This document shows positions 59,321-64,000 of a stretch of 64,000 bases of DNA, piece after piece. Origin of the DNA: Myxococcota bacterium (GTDB lineage Bacteria > Myxococcota_A > UBA9160 > SZUA-336); assembly GCA_965247115.1 (NCBI GenBank), contig CBDFGR010000003.1, positions 192,001-256,000 on the forward strand, written 5' to 3'. A program made the position numbers and the translations under genes. The notes below the pieces were generated by a model. It worked only from the letters and a program-made list of their open reading frames with translations, searched no databases and was not told where the DNA came from. The first letter of the stretch is position 1; every line of letters starts with the position of its first letter.

Positions 59321-60337
59321 CTAGCGCCGCAGTGAGCGCAACTCTCCGCGCGCGAGCGTGATCGCCGCGTCGATCGCGCGCGTCAGACTGGTCTCGTTGG
59401 CGATACCCTGTCCGGCAATGTCGAATGCGGTGCCGTGATCGACTGACGTCCGTACAAAGGGGATGCCCATTGTGGCCGTCACGCTCTCCTCGAAGTGTTG
59501 AACCTTGATCGCGATGTGCCCCTGGTCGTGATAGAGGGCCAGCACCGCGTCGAACTCCCCTTTGATCGCTCTGTGAAACACCGAGTCGGCCGGATACGGT
59601 CCGACGATGTCCAAGTCCTCGGCGAGTGCCGCGTTGACGGCAGGTACGATCTCGTCGATCTCCTCGCGGCCGAGGAGCCCACCCTCGCCGCCGTGGGGAT
59701 TGAGCGCCGAGACCGCGATGCGCGGCCGCGGAATTCCCCAGCCGGTGAGGCTCTCCGCGGTAAGACGCAGCTTCGCAAGCACATTGTCCTTCGTCACGTA
59801 GCGCGCTGCCTCGATAAGCGACTTGTGCGTCGAGACGTGCGCCACACGAAGAGACTGATTCATGAGGATCGTCGCGGTCAGCTTTGCGCCCGTCACCCGC
59901 GCCAGAATTTCCTGATGGCCGATGTCGCCGATAAAACCTGCCGCGTGAACGGCCTCCTTGTGAATGGGACAAGTAACGATGGCTCTGACGCGGCCCTCCA
60001 GGGCCAGCGAGCTTGCGGATTCGATCGACTCGACCGCGGCGCGACCGCAGGCAGCGCTGATCTTGCCCGGAACGGCGTCCTCAGGTGTCAAGCTGGCCAG
60101 GTCGAGGACCTCGATCGTGTCCGGCTCGCCCGTTGCGTCGTCGACCTCTCCGATCCTGCGGACGGTGACGTTGGCGCCAATCAGGTCCACCGCGTCTTCG
60201 ATCGCCCAGGTTGCGCCGACGACCACCGGCACGCATCGCCCTTGGAGATCTTTGTTTGCGAGGGCGCGAGCCAGGATCTCTGGCCCGATCCCCGCAGCGT
60301 CCCCCATCGTGATGGCGATGCGCGGCCGTTCGCTCAT
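59321..60337 (-). CDS. pdxA: PdxA-family dehydrogenase
   Basis: ITMGDAAGIGPE, LNPHGGE, YHDQGH, RTSVDHGTAFDIAG. Confidence 0.92.
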   Translation of the reverse strand: MSERPRIAITMGDAAGIGPEILARALANKDLQGRCVPVVVGATWAIEDAVDLIGANVTVRRIGEVDDATGEPDTIEVLDLASLTPEDAVPGKISAACGRAAVESIESASSLALEGRVRAIVTCPIHKEAVHAAGFIGDIGHQEILARVTGAKLTATILMNQSLRVAHVSTHKSLIEAARYVTKDNVLAKLRLTAESLTGWGIPRPRIAVSALNPHGGEGGLLGREEIDEIVPAVNAALAEDLDIVGPYPADSVFHRAIKGEFDAVLALYHDQGHIAIKVQHFEESVTATMGIPFVRTSVDHGTAFDIAGQGIANETSLTRAIDAAITLARGELRSLRR

Positions 60338-60455
60338 GTTGCCCACCCTATACCGGCTGAGCCGCCAACCGCAAAGACGACGAGGCTGAGGCGCGCCCAC
60401 CCTCGCACTGCGCTAGGCGCGTAGGTGGACTCGGACTTGGAGGTGCTGAGCCGCC

Positions 60456-60476
60456 TTCAAGCCCAGTCCTGGGCAC
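60456..60476 (+). repeat. Partial copy of the tRNA-Leu 3' end (att-like)
   Basis: TTCAAGCCCAGTCCTGGGCAC vs tRNA 57564-57584 TTCGAATCCAGTCCTGGGCAC: 18/21, last 14 nt identical. Confidence 0.65.
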
Positions 60477-60606
60477 GAGGAGAGGCCCAACACTACCCGG
60501 CCCCTGCGGATCAGCCAGGATCTGGGCTCCGAGGCGCCCAGTTTATTCGGAGCGGGCTCCGGGCGTCGAAGGGCACGGGGGTACGTCATGCTAGGCTTCG
60601 AGCGCG

Positions 60607-61398
60607 ATGAAGTCACGGGAGTTCGCGTCGGGCGACGCACACATACGATACATCGACGACCAGGGGTCGGGCGAGCCGGTGGTCCTCGTCCACGGCTTCA
60701 CCGGAAGCGCCGAGATGTGGGACGCCGTGACACCCCTAGTCTCCGGGCGCTTCCGCGTGATCGCGCTCGATTGCCGGGGGCATGGCGCGAGCAGCAAGCC
60801 GCACGACACAAATGCGTACGGCAGCGAGATGGTGGCCGACGTCGCGCGGCTGCTGGATGAGCTCACGATCGACGCCGCACACGTGGTCGGCTACTCGATG
60901 GGCGCCGAGATCGCGTTGAACTTCACGACCCGTTGGCCCGAGCGCGTCCGTTCGCTCTGCATGGGCGGCTCGGGCTGGTCCGGCCCCGACGATGCCGCGA
61001 ACTACATGCACTTGGGGGACGCGGTGGCCGAGGGTGGAAGTCTCGGCCCGCTCATTCACGCGATGCAACCGGAAGGAGCCCCTCCTCCGAGTGACGAGGA
61101 GATCGCGGTCATCGACGCGCTCCTGAGAGACAACGACCTGAAGGCCCTCGCTGCGGTCGCCCGAGCCATGCACGACATCATCAACCTTCCGCGGGAGGCG
61201 GTTGCCGGCGTGGCCGTCCCCGTACTCGGCATCTCCGGCGAGCACGATCCCGAGCGCGGCAACCTGGAGCGGATGGTGGGCGTCGTGCCGAACTTCACGA
61301 TGAAGGTGCTGGACGGCGTCGATCACATGGGGGCCGTCGCCGACCCTCGCCTGGGCACGTACATTCGGGAATTTCTGCTCGAACGCCTCGCTCGGTGA
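60607..61398 (+). CDS. Alpha/beta hydrolase
   Basis: LVHGF, DCRGHG, GYSMG nucleophile elbow, C-terminal His. Confidence 0.9.
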   Translation: MKSREFASGDAHIRYIDDQGSGEPVVLVHGFTGSAEMWDAVTPLVSGRFRVIALDCRGHGASSKPHDTNAYGSEMVADVARLLDELTIDAAHVVGYSMGAEIALNFTTRWPERVRSLCMGGSGWSGPDDAANYMHLGDAVAEGGSLGPLIHAMQPEGAPPPSDEEIAVIDALLRDNDLKALAAVARAMHDIINLPREAVAGVAVPVLGISGEHDPERGNLERMVGVVPNFTMKVLDGVDHMGAVADPRLGTYIREFLLERLAR

Positions 61399-61459
61399 TT
61401 CTACGACGGGCCTCCTGGCCCATCACCACAGATAGACCCGGGCCTATGGCGGATGCGTC

Positions 61460-61900
61460 CTATTCGCTACCGCGGTGCGTTACGCGGCAAGGCACCCAGA
61501 CGTAGCCATCGGGATCGACGACGTAGCATTCGCGCAGGCCGTGACCCCTGTCAGTGGTGGGCGCCAAGATCTTGTGACCGGTATCGCGGGCGCGCCGCTC
61601 GGCTGCGTCTGGGTCGATGGCGTAGACACGCAGCTCCACTCCGGCTCCGCGCACGCCCTACGAACGATCGAGCAGTGGGTGGGTATCGTAAGTATGGTCT
61701 GCGTGCAGCATGAAGTCCGTCCCGTCGTGTTGGAGGGCCGCGAAGTCTGGGTCAGCGTACAGAGGGTCGAGCTGTAAGACCTCCCTCATGAACCGGACCG
61801 ACGTGGAGACGTCCCGCACCAACAGATTGACGCCCACGCCGCGCAGCGTGCTCGCGTACTCAGGCGCCGGCCGCCAAGGCTCGCCCGTCCGCAGTTTCAT
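61460..61900 (-). pseudogene. VOC/glyoxalase-family gene with an in-frame TAG
   Basis: VNLLVRDV...HADHTY...LDRS*GVRGAGVELR...GLRECYVVDPDGYVW; stop at 61658-61660, both halves in one frame. Confidence 0.75.
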
Positions 61901-62058
61901 GAGTGGTGAATACCCCTGTCGCGTTGCCGAGTCACTGAGGCTTCCTAGCGACTGCGTACGTCGACCGATCGGAACTGCTGCCCAACCCACGCTGTTCGCC
62001 TTGGCTGGCGTTCGTCGATGCAATGCATCCTAGAGCCGTCTCCATCGAAAAATGGGGT

Positions 62059-63051
62059 TCACGCATCATCTCGGCCAGGAACGACCGTGGACTCCGGGGG
62101 CAGACCCGCGGCGACGCGGCGAATGTTCGCGAAGCCAAACTCGAGCCGGCGACTCCACGTATCCAGGCTCACGCCGGCGACGTGCGGCGTCAGGACCACG
62201 TTGTCGAGCGACGTCAGGGAGTGGTCGCCGACGAGCGGCTCGACCGCGAAGACGTCCAGGCCCGCACCCGCGAGGCGCCGCTCGAGAAGCGCTGTCGTGA
62301 GCGCGACCTCATCCACCACGGGTCCGCGTGACGTGTTGATGAGGATAGCCGAGGGCCGCATGAGGCCGAACGCCCGGGTGTCGATTAGGCTGTGTGTCTC
62401 CGGCGTGAGCGGCGCGTGCACGCTGACCACGTCGGACTCGCGCAGCAACGTGTCCAGGTCGACCCGCGTCGCCCCGGTCTCGCGCTCGACCTCTTCGGGT
62501 GCCGGCCGAGGGTCGAAGTAGCAGACGCTGACGCCAAAGCCGCGCGAGAGGCGCGCCAGCTCGCGGCCGATTCTCCCGAATCCGACTATGCCCAGCCGCT
62601 TGCCGCGAAACTCTCGCATGCTCAGCGTCTCGCGCGCCCCGAGCCAGCGCCCGGCCCGCAGCTCGCGATCATGAAGGGGTAGCTTCTTGTACACCGCCAG
62701 AATCAAGAGCAGGGCGTGCTCCGCGACCGTCGGCGCGTTGGCTCCCCCGTTGTTCGCGACGGGGACACCAGCGCGCGAGAAGCCTGCCAAGTCCAGCCAC
62801 TCGTAGCCCGCGCTCAGAATCTGAAACAGCTTGAGCCGCTTGGCGGCGGCAAGCTCCCCCGCGGACGGGTCGCCGGGATAGCCGAGCCAGAAGTCGGCGC
62901 CGGCCAGCTTCTCGAGGCGTTCGTCGGGCGACGACCCCTGCTCCAGCAGCTGGAGCGCGAAGCCCGGCGGCAGCTGCCGCTGCGCCAATTCGATGACTTC
63001 CTCGGGGACGAGCCGCTGCGCGTGGAGAAATACTATCTGCTCTTGAGCCAC
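62059..63051 (-). CDS. D-isomer-specific 2-hydroxyacid dehydrogenase
   Basis: GIVGFGRIG, INTSRG, LDVFAVEP, TPHVAG. Confidence 0.92.
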   Translation of the reverse strand: MAQEQIVFLHAQRLVPEEVIELAQRQLPPGFALQLLEQGSSPDERLEKLAGADFWLGYPGDPSAGELAAAKRLKLFQILSAGYEWLDLAGFSRAGVPVANNGGANAPTVAEHALLLILAVYKKLPLHDRELRAGRWLGARETLSMREFRGKRLGIVGFGRIGRELARLSRGFGVSVCYFDPRPAPEEVERETGATRVDLDTLLRESDVVSVHAPLTPETHSLIDTRAFGLMRPSAILINTSRGPVVDEVALTTALLERRLAGAGLDVFAVEPLVGDHSLTSLDNVVLTPHVAGVSLDTWSRRLEFGFANIRRVAAGLPPESTVVPGRDDA

Positions 63052-63056
63052 GGCGG

Positions 63057-64000
63057 TTAGCGGACCCCGGCTGCGGAAAAACCGTTGTGGATGATCTGCT
63101 TGATGCGGTCTTCGGGAATCCGGACCTGCACTCCGGCTCGCTCCTCCTGCAGGAGCATTACCGACCGCGAGTCACGACCGGCCCAGCCGCGGTTCATCGC
63201 TTCGGTCATCTCCTGAAGTGTCAGATTCGCGAGGCGCATCGGCACGTCGAACTCACGGCCGAGCTCGCATGCCAGGTTCACGTCCTTGCGGGCCAGCTCC
63301 AGCGCAAAGGCCGGCGGATCGAAATTCCCGGCCAGGAAGTTGCGGCTCATCGTGTCGAACGTGCGTAGGCGGCCAAGCGCGCCCATCCGCACTGCCTCCC
63401 AAAGCGCAGCAGCGTCGACGCCGGCCTTGACGCCCATAGTGAAGGTCTCGGCGAGTGCGGCGTTGAGAATGTAGCCGCTGCAGTTGTGCACGAGCTTGGC
63501 CACCGAGCCAGCTCCAATCGGGCCGACGAGGTGGGGCGCATCACTGAACGACTGCAACACCGGCAGCCATCGCTCGAACGCCTCGGGCTCGCCGCCGACC
63601 CAGATCGCCAGCTTCCCGGACCTCGCGCCGTCGGGACCTCCGCTGACCGGTGCATCGAACACCGTGACACCGAGCGCTGCTAGCTCGGCGGCGATAGAGC
63701 GGACAACGGTAGGCGAGTTCGTGGACAGGTCAAAGTATGCAAGACCGTCGTGGGCCCCGTCCCGAATGCCTCGGTCGCCGAGCGCAACCAGCCTCACCTC
63801 CCTCGGTCCCGGGAGCGAGGTGAACACGATGTCGCTGAGCGCGGCGAGCTCCGCCGGATCGTCAGCCCACTCGGCCCCGTTCTCGACGTGCGGGTCGCCA
63901 GCGTCTCGGCGCAGGTCGTGCACGACCAGGTCGTAGCCTGCCTCGATGAGGTTCATCGCCATGCTCGACCCCATCGTTCCGAGGCCGATGAATCCGATCC
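63057..64000 (-). CDS. 3-hydroxyisobutyrate/beta-hydroxyacid dehydrogenase family (start beyond window edge)
   Basis: IGFIGLGTMG at the edge, DAPVSGG, AKLVHN, FALELARKD. Confidence 0.9.
   Translation of the reverse strand, partial: IGFIGLGTMGSSMAMNLIEAGYDLVVHDLRRDAGDPHVENGAEWADDPAELAALSDIVFTSLPGPREVRLVALGDRGIRDGAHDGLAYFDLSTNSPTVVRSIAAELAALGVTVFDAPVSGGPDGARSGKLAIWVGGEPEAFERWLPVLQSFSDAPHLVGPIGAGSVAKLVHNCSGYILNAALAETFTMGVKAGVDAAALWEAVRMGALGRLRTFDTMSRNFLAGNFDPPAFALELARKDVNLACELGREFDVPMRLANLTLQEMTEAMNRGWAGRDSRSVMLLQEERAGVQVRIPEDRIKQIIHNGFSAAGVR

Noticed and set aside
61658..61660. Pyrrolysine or programmed read-through at the in-frame TAG
   Set aside because: No pyl genes in the window, TAG is a normal stop for many genes here, and a neighbouring gene is also decayed; nonsense mutation or sequencing error is simpler.

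Overview
GC-rich window, apparently core chromosome of a Myxococcota-like bacterium (inferred from the pil gene order and romR-nadC-birA-coaX synteny). 1-13.6 kb: Myxococcus-type type IVa pilus cluster on the minus strand (pilB-pilT-pilC-pilS-pilR-pilA-pilG-pilH-pilI-pilD-pilS2-pilR2, the last cut by the window edge). 13.8-26.4 kb: ribF, an LptF/G permease, coaBC-nfeD-SPFH-hflK-hflC, a kinase/sigma54 regulator pair, rsmD-coaD. 26.6-38.8 kb: peptidoglycan turnover genes (SLT, dacB, amgK, murU-like, anmK), a PilZ protein and two GT4/methyltransferase pairs. 38.7-46.6 kb: two sigma54 activators (one frameshifted), an intact IS5-family element, fliA plus a short flgM, PP2C, romR. 46.7-57.6 kb: nadC-birA-coaX-EF-G paralogue-hypothetical-degenerate MglA-like GTPase, Rrf2-JAB-ald, ABC-F, tRNA-Leu(CAG). 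57.6-64 kb: accessory metabolic genes with two pseudogenes. Most notable observations: (1) an internally deleted second pilin copy just after the pilA terminator; (2) a sigma54->FliA->FlgM module with no flagellar genes in the window, and sigma28-like motifs upstream of pilB, romR and pilG; (3) an MglA paralogue lacking its catalytic residues; (4) a tRNA 3'-end duplication bounding a ~2.9 kb integrase-less islet; (5) a REP-like repeat family with a nested inverted-repeat element; (6) an 18-bp-period triple palindrome between ribF and the LptF/G gene. All calls come from reading the sequence and recalled family motifs; no database searches were run.
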